This document shows, piece by piece, positions 38,062-50,420 of a DNA stretch of 64,000 bases (within the stretch, counting starts at the first letter, position 1; each line of letters opens with the position of its first letter). A program made the position numbers and the translations under genes. Source of the DNA: Magallana gigas (Eukaryota). The notes under the pieces were generated by a model. That model was not told where the DNA came from. It ran no database searches and saw only the letters and a list, made by a program, of their open reading frames with translations. The stretch lies in the NCBI RefSeq assembly GCF_963853765.1, contig NC_088854.1, positions 26,536,001 through 26,600,000 of the forward strand. The letters run 5' to 3'.

Positions 38062-40312
38062 CAATAAATGGAAGCAAATTTATGAGAGTTACATACCAAA
38101 CTTTAAGGTTGGCACAAAACACCTGTCAGATAAGTTTTGACTCATCAAAATAGAAACATAAATATTCTACATTGTATTTTGTCAATAAGAAATGGCTTCA
38201 GGGAATAATTATTAGCTTTAAATTAAATTGTACTTTTTATATACATGTAAAACCAAAACGGAGACACCCTATATTGATTGTATTTCACTGCGCCTTGATA
38301 TAACCCTTTAACAAGTTAATATGTGCATGGTCTTATATGCAGGATAAAGTGTAAGGTCATGTCTTAAAACGCTATCCCATTGTTCTATAATTTTAGCACG
38401 GCAGTTTTGATATCTAAAAGATTTAGTTTACCACGTTAACTATTTCAAAGTTTTCAATATTTAAAAAACAAAAACCTTTGTTTTATTCGAAACATTCAGT
38501 GATATGCCTCTCTTAATCGTTTCTTCCTAGAAATATAGATTTTTACCATAAACTTGCATGTCTGAGTCATGAATTTTCCACATCTTTATACCACAAAGCA
38601 CGTTGAAACAACATCTCAGAACAACATCACGCTCACGTAATATTAAAAAGAATTTCCCATAAGGAATGTTGGAACACATAGCGATATTAAATAAGTGGTA
38701 AATAATCTTTCACAGGTTTTGTGTTAAAGTTTTGTTAGAGATCAATTTTTTGCCATTTTTCTTGTGTGCATACAATTCATCATAAAAATTGTTTAACAAA
38801 ATTTGTCAAACTATATTTAAACCATATGCACGTTGATATGAAGAAACAAAAAACTACTCTTAACGCCTGTAATTATGTTATAGAGAAACATTTCTTTGAT
38901 TTTTGGAGTGTGTCCGCAGCATTCAAAGAGAGATAACTATAGTCGTGTTCTCGAGCGAAGATTTTTTTTTTACAATGACACAACGCAATGCTGAGGAGTG
39001 GATAGACCGCCAATTCTAACATGTAAAACTAGCAGTTTTCAAAACCGCGCGTTACTTTCGGAGAAATTGATACTATATAAATAGTGCCTGTTTGGGAGGG
39101 TAACAGTTGAAATTGACACCCCGAGTAAACCATTGTCAACCGACGCGATGCGGAGGTTGACAATAGTTTTCGAGGGATGTCAATTTCAACTGTTATCCTA
39201 CCAAACGGGCACTATTTATTTTATTATACTGAATGTCTTAATTTTAAAGAAAACTTAAGTGCTTTTATATAGGAATGACGTGAATTCTACGGTGAACCTT
39301 ACGCGCAAAATTTTTGCGCATGTAACAATTCGTATTATTATACTTTCATGTTAAATACTGAAATCTGATTGTATACGCAGTTGAAAATCCGTTCTATTAC
39401 CCTAAGTGTTAGCAACGCACCTAGCAACGGGTAACACAACGAATTGTTACATGCGCGTAAATTATGCGCGTACGGTTTGCCGTAGATTTCACGTCAATTC
39501 TATATAAAAGCATATAAAAATTCTCAAAAATTAAGATATTCAGTATAATAAAATAAATAGTGCCTGTTTGGGAGGATAACAGTAACTGTTGAAATTGACA
39601 CCCCTCGAAAACCATTGTCAACCTCCGCTTCGCGTCAGTTGACAATGGTTTCCTCGGGGTGTCAATTTCAACTGTTACACTCCCAAACAGGCACTATTTA
39701 TATAATGTTACCCGTTGCTACATGTAAGTGTGTTGCTAACGCTGAGGGTAATAGAACGGATTATGAACCGCTTCTAAACCAATCAGATTTCAGTATTTAA
39801 GATGAACTTTCAACAAAATATTTTATCAGCATTTTATTCTGTGTTAAAATTTGATATAAAAATTGGCTTAGTCATTTTATTAGTGAAACTATCATTTAGC
39901 TTCGTACGCTATTTTCTCTTAACCAGTCTTGGAAAATGAAGTGTGATTAATCCATAAGTCATTCAAAATTGTTTAAGATTTATGTCTTATGATCTTGAGG
40001 AGATTCTGCTTTGATATCTTTTTGGGTTTGTAATTTTGAACCAAACATGCGATGGGTTTTGTCTCATCATCAGCTTTTACATAGAGATCACAAAGATATG
40101 TGGATGACGAGATCTTGAAAAGCGGTTCACGATTTTCTCTGTGAAGCTTAAAGCAATTCGAAAATGGCATTGAAACATGTGTAGATGCTTCAAAAATCAA
40201 AATTATTCAATGTATTATCTCAAAATAATTTAGCAGTCTGGTTTCAAATTTGGATTTCTTTAATAAATGCACGTACAAATGGTGCAAACTCTCGAAATAT
40301 GAATTTTATTTT
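38062..40312 (+). repeat. Segmental repeat copy I (interrupted by the nested element at 39074-39806)
   Basis: Colinear with 41912-43412 via anchors CACAAAACACCTGTCAGATAA, GGAACACATAGCGATATTAAA, CAGCATTCAAAGAGAGATAAC, GCAATTCGAAAATGGCATTGAAACATGT, ATGCACGTACAAATGG. Confidence 0.85.
39074..39806. mobile_element. Two copies of one hairpin-headed non-autonomous element, one inserted in reverse inside the other
   Basis: Outer copy 39074-39333 plus 39706-39806; inner reverse copy about 39334-39704. The inner copy shows the intact junction ACAATTCGT-TG-TGTTACCCG that is split in the outer copy. Confidence 0.8.
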
Positions 40313-41911
40313 TCATTACCATAGATGTATCTGCTGTTGAGTTGAAAACTGAATTGAAAATATGTTAAAAGGATAGGATATCCTTTTTTATAACTTGTCC
40401 TCTCCTTAATCATAAATTATGTGTTTACATCCACCAAGAAAATTTCCTCTATTTCTTGCGGAAAGTGATTATAATTTATTAAATTTATATTTGCTCTGTA
40501 TAAACAGACATAACTGAAATCTACACGCATGCCCCATTGATCGATCATTTGGCCGTTTAATTTATCTAACGTACTAATGTACGTTAGCAATAATTTGGTT
40601 AATATTACTTTTTTCAATCAAGTTATTGATTTGTTATAAGAAAGATGAAAAATAAACAATAATGCTTTTTTTAGGGAATCATGCGAGTTATGTATTTCTT
40701 CTGCAATGCCGCTACCTTCATCCCGCATGAATCAACAAAAAAGCATTATTATATGTTTAAATTATCGTACACTTACTGCCATACAAATAAACATTCATAG
40801 CTCAAGTATACAGAAATTACTATCCGCTGTTAAAGAAGTTCGCTCCTTAGGTTTTGGGTAGCCATTTTGGGTCACCTCTAGTCTGAAAATTCTGCATCAA
40901 ATATTTTAAAATTCTAGAAGTATATTTATATTTTACAATGCCAAATAAACTATACTGAATAAAATGGTTTTCAAAAAAATTCATTTTTACAGAGTTCAGT
41001 AAGGGGCTATATTTTGTGGAGGAAGGTTTTCAGGAAGGAAATGAACAACTTTCATAACTCACTAGTACTGTTATTTTAGCTTCCTAATTTTCAGCGCAGA
41101 CCAAATTTCTAGATAGTGTGTATTACGATATATTCATGATGTTCTGAAAAACATATTTAAACAATATTTTTATATATCTTATCGATATTTTTGGCATATT
41201 TAGCTTATATTCCATATAAATTAAGAAAAAATTAACTTCAATTTTGGCCTAAAATTAGTTAATTTCATGCTATATCTCAAATTTTTGAAATGTGACCCCT
41301 ACTTGTTTTACTTTTAAATGAGACAATAAATGTATGTCTATTAATATGCAAAGTTTTGGAATGATGGCATTTATTTGCGTTATAATTTGATTGCTCCAAA
41401 ATTGTGCAACATCTGTTGTTGTGTTCATTGTGTACTTTTCCTTTGAAGCCACCATAAAATCAAGCATTTTAAATCTTTGACTTACATGTAGATTTTACTT
41501 TTATAGTCACTACATGTGTTCAACTTTAAACTTTAAAATCATCACTCAATAATTGTTCAAACTTTAAATATTTGTTCGATTTCTTCAAATTATCAATTTC
41601 TATGTCAAATTTTAGCAAAAATTTCCGGAAAACTATCATTTCTGTTTGAGGCCCTATATTTCCCAAAAATGGCATGTGACATTGGTCACAAATAAAATAA
41701 ATGAACATTTTTATATCTAAGTGGTTTTCAGATGGTTGACATTAATTTCTATTATTTCAGGGGCCAACCTCCTTAATAATTTGACAGTTAATACAAAGTG
41801 TTAATTTCGAGGTTGGTTCTTCGAGGTTAAGAGTCAAACGTGCGAAAATTATAATGGTACAAAATTGAAATAACTATTTAAAATTAAATTAGAGTACATG
41901 TTTTGCGACTC

Positions 41912-43412
41912 AGCAATAAAATAGAAGCAAATGTATGACAGTTGCAAAACAAACTGTAAGGTTATCACAAAACACCTGTCAGATAAATCTTGACTCATCA
42001 AATTGGAAGTATTAAAATTCTGCATTGTATTTTGTCAATAAGAAATGATTTTAGAGAATAATTATTAGCTATAAATTAAATTGCTATTAAAAAAAACATT
42101 GTTAAAACAAAACGGAGAAACCCTGTTTTTATGACCATTTCAACGCAAGTTTTGTGTAATATTTCCCAATTCTATATGTGTGGTCTTATCTGCAGGATAA
42201 AGTGTGATGTGTTAGATATCTTAGAACGCTATCCCATTATTCTATAATTTTAGCATAAATGTTTTCATAACCAAGAGAACAAATTTACCTCGTTATAACT
42301 TTATTAAAAGCTTTCATCATTTAAAAAAACACATTGATTCATTTATATCATTCAGTGAATTGCCTCTTTGAATCCTTTCTCAATAGTAATCTAAGTTTTC
42401 TGCACAAACTTAATTGCATGTCCGAGTCATGAATTTTCCACACCTTAATACCACAGTGCACGTTGGAAAATCCTTAAACAGCATCACACACACGTGTTTA
42501 ATAACAAAAAGAATTTTCTATAAGGAATATTGGAACACATAGCGATATTAAATGTGCGGTAAATAATTTGTCGCATGTTTTGTGTCATAGAAGAGTTAGA
42601 GATCAATCTTTTGCGATTTTTCTTAGTTGCATACATCGTAAAGGAATTTTTTACAAAATTAGTTAAACTATATTTTAAAAACCCTATGCATGTTGTTATG
42701 AAGAAACAGAAACTCCTCTTAACGCATGTACTAATTCACTTTGATTTGGGGAGCACTTCGTATGTTCGCAGCATTCAAAGAGAGATAACCCTAGTCGTGT
42801 TCCTGAGTTTTTACAATGAAACACCACAGCGCTGAGGATAAGGAGGTAATAGTTGATTGCCAATTCTTTACCTGAAAAACTAGCAGTTTTTACAATCTCG
42901 CGTCAGTTTTGGCGAAATTGATACAATTGTTTTCAGCATTATACTCTATATTAAAATTTGATATTAAAGTAATTTGGTCATTTTTAAAGTGAAACTATCA
43001 TTTAGATTAGAACGATATTTTCTCTTAACCAGTCTTGGAAAATGAAGTATGTAAAATCCAGAAGTCACTTTCCAATTTTTAAAGATATTAATTAGTCTTG
43101 TGATCTTGATGAGGTTCTGCTTAAGCCTTTGATACATGTACATTATATCGTTTTGGGTTAGTAATTTGACAGCACAGAATCGATGGTTAATTATGTCTCA
43201 TTGTTATGTTTAACATGGAGAGCACACATAAAAAGATATGTGGATCACGTGCGACATCAGCAATTCGAAAATGGCATTGAAACATGTATGCTTGCATCAA
43301 AAATTAAAATTACTCAATCTATAATCTCAAATAATTTAGCAGTCTGGTAAAATTTAGACTTTCTAAAATGCACGTACAAATGGAGCAACTTTTATGATAT
43401 CAAATTTTATTT
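41912..43412 (+). repeat. Segmental repeat copy II
   Basis: Same anchors as copy I, followed by the Helentron-like insertion. Confidence 0.85.
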
Positions 43413-43414
43413 TT

Positions 43415-43913
43415 TACCCCTGGGAATCATGATTTGAACAAACTTGAATCTACCCTATCTGAGGATGCTTACACACGTTACAGCTTTTCTGACTGATTGG
43501 TTTCAGAGAAAAAGAATTTTTTCTATATATTCCTACGTAAAATTTCGACCCTAAATTGTGGTCATACTTTACCTCTGGTGATCATGGTTTGAACAAATTT
43601 AAATTAACTCTACCTGAGGATGTTTCCACAAAAGTTTCAACTGTCTTGTTCAAACGGTTTTTCAGAAGAAGATTTTTGAAAAATACCGGCAAATTTTCAA
43701 TTTAATTATCTCCCTTTCAAAAAAGGTTTGATCCTCCGTTAGGGGTTGAATCCCTTTACCTAAAGATACGTTGTGTCAAGTTTGGTTGAAATCAGTCTAC
43801 TGATTCAGCAGAAAAAAGTAGAAAATGTCAAGTTTACGGAAAGACAGCCGGACAGACAGACGCAGGACAAAAGTTCATTTGATCATGAGCTTTCAGGTCT
43901 GGTTAGCTCAAAA
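43415..43913. mobile_element. 5'-truncated copy of the satellite-bearing Helentron-like family
   Basis: Two repeat units about 155 bp apart, then the same terminal segment as 18770-19038 ending GAGCTTTCAGGTCTGGTTAGCTCAAAAA. Confidence 0.75.
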
Positions 43914-45099
43914 ATAATTGAGCAGTGAAGTATTTCAAAAGAGCTTTTTATTGTTTAGAAAGGCACACGTTATTATGCATGACAAATATCAGTCTACATC
44001 TTGTATGATTACGCCTAAATTTCCGGACCTGCAATAAGTGAAAAATTATTTAGTGACTCAATTTTAACTTTCAATAATTAGTTTTAATCAAATTTAACTT
44101 CTTGTTTATTACATTTAATATTATGTAAATATCGATTGTCTATCGCTTACAAATTAAAATAATCTTGAAAATAAATTATTTGTCTGAACATATTCCGGTA
44201 TTTGGCCACTTCGTCTGACTTCTATTGAAAACAAAAACTAGCATTTCTTGTGTATATGAAATCAGCAAGAAGGTATAAAAACCATTATTGTATTCCGAAT
44301 AATGAATCATCTTAATTGTATTGTGGTGGGACCACAATTAGAAATATATTGTTTTCTACCAAATGTTTTTTAATGGTGAGTTGAGCTGTCAAGATCTTTA
44401 GACAGATTTAAGATAGAGAGTATTCAATGTACTAAAAATAACATTTTTTTTAAAATCAGAACTCCTCTTACGTTATACTGAACTGAATTCAAATAAGTAT
44501 TATAATATATAAATTAATTACTTAATCACGTTTTTTTTACTTAATTGAGATATATACATGTAGGTAGGCAAATGATTGATAAAATTTCAATCAGGAATTT
44601 CAGATGAGGGAAGAGACACCACAACACAAGTCAGAAAAAGCACATATTTTACCACCATTTTCAGTTTTTACACAATTGGACGAGCGCTATATGGTGTGAT
44701 TTTTATATACATTGTAAGACAGTGTCAAATTGCCATCAAGCTCAAATATGTATATTTCATGAAAGAAGCATCAACAGATAGCACACAATTGCAAGCTTAC
44801 AATATTCCTCAGAGTAAAATTTTTGGATCTTGGGCAGATTCTGCCGCTTTGAAAGTTGAAAAATTTGTGAAAACATTTCGCATCGAACAAGCTACAGTTT
44901 GGTCTCTGTCCCGTATATGGCAGGTAAATCAAACAACGTGCATGTTTGTAAGCAAGGATGAGAGAGACTGACGACAATGCTAAAGGTGTTTTAAAGACAG
45001 GTTTGCGGCTTATATTCATGTATATCATTTTGTTCACTATACTAAGGTCTTTCTTCATCCATTTTTAAAATTCAAATGATTTTACCCGACCCGTTTTAT

Positions 45100-45406
45100 A
45101 ACAAGAGATGTTTGTGAAACACCTATGCCCCCCCCCCCCCCTCTACCTCCGTTGGAGACCTATGCGAAAACTGCAAGAAATTCGAATTGTATCAAGTCCA
45201 AGGTGCATAACTCTGTCGATTGATCATACCAAAAATCAAACTTTACCTAGATACTGAACATTATGATGAATTTGAACACCAAATTTCATTATGAACAGCA
45301 TATACAACCTCTGCGAAGAAAATGGACGGAAACTGTTGGTGGAATAACAGACAAACGGACATCAGCAAAGCCATATGCCCTCCCTTTTTCGTAGGAGGCA
45401 TAATAA
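45100..45406. mobile_element. Helentron/Helitron-like non-autonomous element, second family (AACAAGAGATGTTTGTGAAA start, terminal hairpin)
   Basis: Ends ATGCCCTCCCTTTTTCGTAGGAGGCATAA hairpin; related copy at 51661-52043. Confidence 0.7.
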
Positions 45407-46704
45407 AAGGTCACAAATTTCATGATTTTAAACTGTTCTTTTAACAAATTGTAAACAGATTCGTACATTGTTATGATTAATATATATATAATTAGGTGGC
45501 AGTTTTGAGTTTGATTTTCTATAAATGTTTGCAAGTAGAATCATTCTAACAAGAGCTTGGACTTTGGGAAGTAGTCTCAAACAGCAATGTGACGTAGGCT
45601 TGTGCAATAGTATAATTCACTGCTGGCCACTCACCCACTTAGCTAAGACTACGCAATCAGTACATATTTCGCATAAAACCAACATAAAAAATGCTAGTTA
45701 AATTTTAAAATTAGCATACACAACAAAAGAGTGGTAAAAAACGTATCAGCAGATTTTAGTGCGATCAGTTTGTTACATGCATGTCTAAAATATTAAAATC
45801 AATATAATCCAATGTTTCATCTCAAAAATGTTCTGGGGGTATTTAGATCTATACTTATTTTATGTAAATACATATGTTCATATGGTGCAAACACAGGCGC
45901 TTGTTTCATACAGGGGTCTAGCTTATAGACCTCCTGTATGCAACAAGCGCCTGTGGGTGCAAATATTAAAAATAATTTACTTTTATAACGTACCTGCAGC
46001 TGCAGTTCACAGTTTTAAAAAGCAAAGTGCCGATTTCAAACAAACGAAGAATAAACTGTGACACTCGAGAATTGAATGATCTCCGAATATATCTAATTAT
46101 TTATAACTGTTACAAACCTTACAGTGAGATTTGCACAAAACACTTGCTAAATTGGGTATGACTCGCACAATGTACAGGTGAAGATAAAAATCAATTTTTT
46201 ACATTGCATTTTGTCGGTAAGAAAATTGTTTTTAAAAGAAAAAAAATTGTATTGATTTGCCATACATATATTTATATATTTACATTCAGTATATATTTCC
46301 CCTTGTCTGCATTGGAAATCTGCAACGTTCATTTTCCTTTGAATACATTTTGCTAATTCATGCCCCATGAGCAAACATATAAACGTCAGAACGCGCCTTG
46401 CGTATAGATCTATTCATCATTGTAAGATTAAATGAAACGTTCAAACTTACTTAACTAATTTGATATGTACTAGTGGGAAATAAATAAATCGTTAAATCAT
46501 ATCTTTTCGTCAATAAAAAATTTTTTTCGACAAAGTTCCTGGTACTATATTTTTTGTCGCGGAAGCGAACTAAATAACATGATTGTTCATATGGCTGGTC
46601 CATGTATGTTTCATATCCCTGATTAACAACGTATATAATATATTGGCTTTAAAGCGACGATACACAAATATTCTATACAAACGGACTTCAATATATAAAA
46701 ATAA

Positions 46705-47163
46705 GCATTGAATGCTTTTTTAGAAGTCGTCGGTCCTAAAACACATCAAGCGGTGCAGGCAAATTATCTTGTCTGCACCGTTGATGTGTTACAGGACCGA
46801 CGACACCCGAAAATAAGCATTCAAATGCTTAAATGAAAAACGCGGATGTGTCCAATATAGCTGAGTGGTTTTTTTTAGTATCTCGAACACATGCTACTTA
46901 ACTGCATGCCTTTTTTCTAAAAAGTGATTTGTAGGAGTATTTCATTTGATAACAGTGTCCTAACCTCTACATAGCAGCCGTGTGCTGTACATAAAATCGT
47001 CATCTTGGACCAAGATAATATGTCTTTGATGTTATCGATTCATTGCAATATATCTAAAGGTTTTCTTAACATTTTGAAACTCATTTTTTCAAATCATAGG
47101 TCTAAGACCTACTTTGAAAAAAAAAGGGATGTAATGACCGTTCTCTCCCACTCCCAATCCCAA

Positions 47164-47206
<43 letters not shown>

Positions 47207-47225
47207 AAAGCCATAAGTAAGAAAC
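46705..47225 (+). repeat. About 500-bp segment X, directly repeated at 48403-48920; contains a 79-nt hairpin and a (CT)n tract
   Basis: Colinear from GTCGGTCCTAAAACACATCAAGCGG to GCCAAAGCCATAA. Confidence 0.85.
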
Positions 47226-48280
47226 TAGTAATCTAAGTTTTCTGCACAAACTTGCATGTCCGAGTCATGAATGTTCCACATCTTAATACCACAGTGACGT
47301 TGAAACAGCATCACACGCACACACGTGTTTAATAACAAAAAGAATTTTCCATAAGGAATATTGGAACACATAGCGATACTAAATATGTGTTGAATAATCT
47401 GTCGCAGGTTTTGTGTCAGAGAAGTGTTAGATATCAATCTTTTGCGATTTTTCTTAGTTGCATACATCGTAAAGAATTTTTTTTACAAAATTCGTTAAAC
47501 TATATTTAAACCCTATGCATGTTGTTATGAAGAAACAGAAACTCCTCTTTGCGCCTGTACTTAAATATAAAAAAATTCACTTTGATTTGGGGAGCACTTT
47601 GTATGTTCACAGCATTCAAAGAGAGATAACCAAAGTCGTGTTTTCGAGTTAATTTTTACAATGAAACACCACAGCGCTGAGGATTTGGGGATAAGAGTGG
47701 ATAGAATGCCGATTTTTTACATGAAAAACTAGCAGTTTTTACAATCTCGCGTCAGTTTTGGCGAAATTGATACAAAATTTTATTAGCATTATACTCTGTG
47801 TTATATTAAAGTAACTTAATTAGGTCATTTTATTAGTGAAACTATCATTCAGATTGCCTTTATTTAGTACGATATTTTCTCTTAACCAATCTTGGAAAAT
47901 GAAGTGTGTAAAATCCAGATGTCACTTTCCAATTTTTTAAAACTATTAATTGGTCTCGGAGCTTGATGGGGTTCTGCTTTAGCCTTTGGTACATTTACAT
48001 ATATTGTTTTGGGTTTAATTGTAATTTGACACCGCAGAAGCGATGGTTTATGTCTCAACATAAGGTTTTACATGGCACACATAAAAAGATATATGGATGA
48101 CGTTGCGACATCAGCAATTCGAAAATGGCATCGAAACATGTATGCTTGCATCAGAAATAAAATTAAAATTACTCAATGATTCTATAATCTCAAAATAATT
48201 TAGCAGTCTGGTTAAATTTAAACTTTTTGAAATGCACGTACAAATGGAGCAAACTTTTATGATATGAATTTTATTTTTAC
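47226..48280 (+). repeat. Segmental repeat copy III (matches copy II from 42385 onward)
   Basis: Begins TAGTAATCTAAGTTTTCTGCACAAACTT as at 42385 and runs into the same Helentron-like insertion. Confidence 0.85.
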
Positions 48281-48402
48281 CCCTGGGAATCATGATTTGA
48301 ACAAACTTGAATCTACCCTACCTGAGGATGCTTACACACGTTACAGCTTTTCTGACTGATCGGTTTAAAAAAAAAAAGAATTTTTTTTCTATACATTCCT
48401 AC
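48278..48402. mobile_element. Fragment of the same Helentron-like insertion, duplicated from 43415-43537
   Basis: Near-identical to 43415-43537 and at the same position relative to the flanking duplicated segment. Confidence 0.75.
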
Positions 48403-48920
48403 GGCTTATTTTTGGAAATCGTCGGTCCTAAAACACATCAAGCGGTGCAGGCAAATTATCTTGTCTGCACCGTTGATGTGTTACAGGACTGACGACACCC
48501 CAAAATAGGCATTCAAATCCTTAAATGAAAAACGCGGATATGTCCAATATAGCTGAGTAGTTTTTTTATTATCTCGTACACATGCGACTTAAATGCATGC
48601 CTTTTTTTTTCTAAAAAGTGATTTGGTGGAGTATTTCATTTGATAACACCTCTACATAGCAGCCGTGTGCTGTACATAAAATCGTCATCTTCTACCAAGA
48701 TAATATGTCTTTGTTGTTATCGAATCTTTGCAGTATAGCTAAAGGTTTTCTTAACATTTTGAAACTTATTTTTTCAAATCATATGTCTAAGACCTACTTT
48801 GAGCAGAAATTTAAGGGAAAAGGGAAAAAGGATGTAATGACCCCCCCCCCTCTCTCTCTCTCTCTCCTGGCTCTCTCTCTCTCTCTCTCTCTCTAGTTGC
48901 CAAAGCCATAAATAAGAAAG
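48403..48920 (+). repeat. Second copy of segment X
   Basis: As above. Confidence 0.85.
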
Positions 48921-50283
48921 AATTGCTGCATGAGAAAGGACTAGTGGGGTTTTAATATATTAGTCCATGCATTAGAAAAGACTCTTCCATCACCCCCCAC
49001 AGCTATTAAATCTGTCTCAAGCCTCTGAATATACTATATCTTGGTACATTTGTGAGCTGAAAACTCAGATAAAGTGTTTCAGATAAAACTTAATATGATA
49101 CAATAGAAACTCAGCAGAAATCAAAAGTACAGTCATTGGACAAAAGTATTCGTCGCTGGCGTCAAAATGCCTTTGATGTAGTAAATTCGTCGCGGCTATT
49201 TTTGTATCGTGCTATTTATAGAAAGCACGTCGGGTTCGGAATTTCTTCTCATAAATACGTCATAGTTTCTAGATATAAATATATATATTATAATATGTAT
49301 AAATAACAGAAAGGACCCCTTCCAATGAAGATGTTGAAATCTTAAAAATAGACGATGATTCCACATTATTTTTATTATATAAATGATATTATTATACAAT
49401 ATAAAAAAATGTTTATTTGACAGAAGAGCAGATTTGTAGTTATTTCTGATATATGGACTTAAGGTTCCCTTTTTGTCGCACAAAAACAGTGCGCGTATAG
49501 TGTGTACATTTTATAAAATCATAATAAAATAACAAACACGTGGCTGAACAGCTGACAGATGTTGTAAAATACATGTACATGTATAAAAGAGCATTTGCTA
49601 AATTAACGCAACAATTAACCTTTAGGTGACAGTCATGTTGATAATAACTTTAAATAATATAGCATATGAGCATGTGATTTTCCACTTTCAATAAATACAT
49701 GTACTTACAAATTGGTGTACATGTATTAGAGGGATAAAGAGTACCAACTAATCATGCACATTCCTCCTGTGTTGGCATTTTGTTAGATATAGAATAAAAC
49801 TAAACTGAGAAACAAATTAATTTTGAAAAAAATAACCTTGCCTAAATTTTTCATTGAAAACATTCAATTTTTATTTAAAAGGTAAAAACCCCTATGTGAG
49901 CATGGCGAAAACATTGTTTACAACAGCAGACACTCAGCATGAGACAAAAATGTCTGAATCTTAGTAAAAATGAAATAATATTAACATGATAAATTAAATT
50001 ATTTTTCACGCAAATAGAAATTCTAATTTTATCCCATTCTTTTCGATGTGTGAGACGCAATTCAGCGGTGGAAAAACCAGCACGAATTACCACGACAGTC
50101 TTCTGACTGCTCAGTCAATTATTCCTAAATAACTAGGAACAAAATCTGTGAATTTCAATTCCAATTCTCAAAACCTCATGACAGGTACAGCCTTTATCTC
50201 CTTTTGAAATACTGTGAACAGAATTTAGCATTTATGCAAGTCCATCAGTAAGCACATTTATGCACTGAATTGTTTTAGAGTCT

Positions 50284-50420
50284 TTAGCTTGGTTTGAAGT
50301 TCTGTGAACAGAATTTAGCATTTAAGTCCATCAGTATGTACTGGAATTGTTTGATCCTCTCCTGGGGTAGCTCCGCATGCATGTCCTCTTCAACAGGAGG
50401 GGTGGATGGTGTGGGCGGGG
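50284..50420 (-). CDS. C16orf87: C16orf87-like exon 5, terminal (TPPTPSTPPVEEDMHAELPQERIKQFQYILMDLNAKFCSQNFKPS*)
   Basis: Acceptor TGTTGTAG, phase 1, TAA at 50286-50284; a minus-strand AATAAA sits at 49870-49875. Confidence 0.87.

Noticed and set aside
46705-48920. LTR retroelement (direct repeats around an insert)
   Set aside because: No TG..CA ends, primer-binding site, polypurine tract or gag/pol remnants; tandem duplication plus deletion explains it.
49128-49260. Tc1-like terminus TA-CAGTCATTGGACAAAAGTATTCG
   Set aside because: No matching opposite end found in the window.
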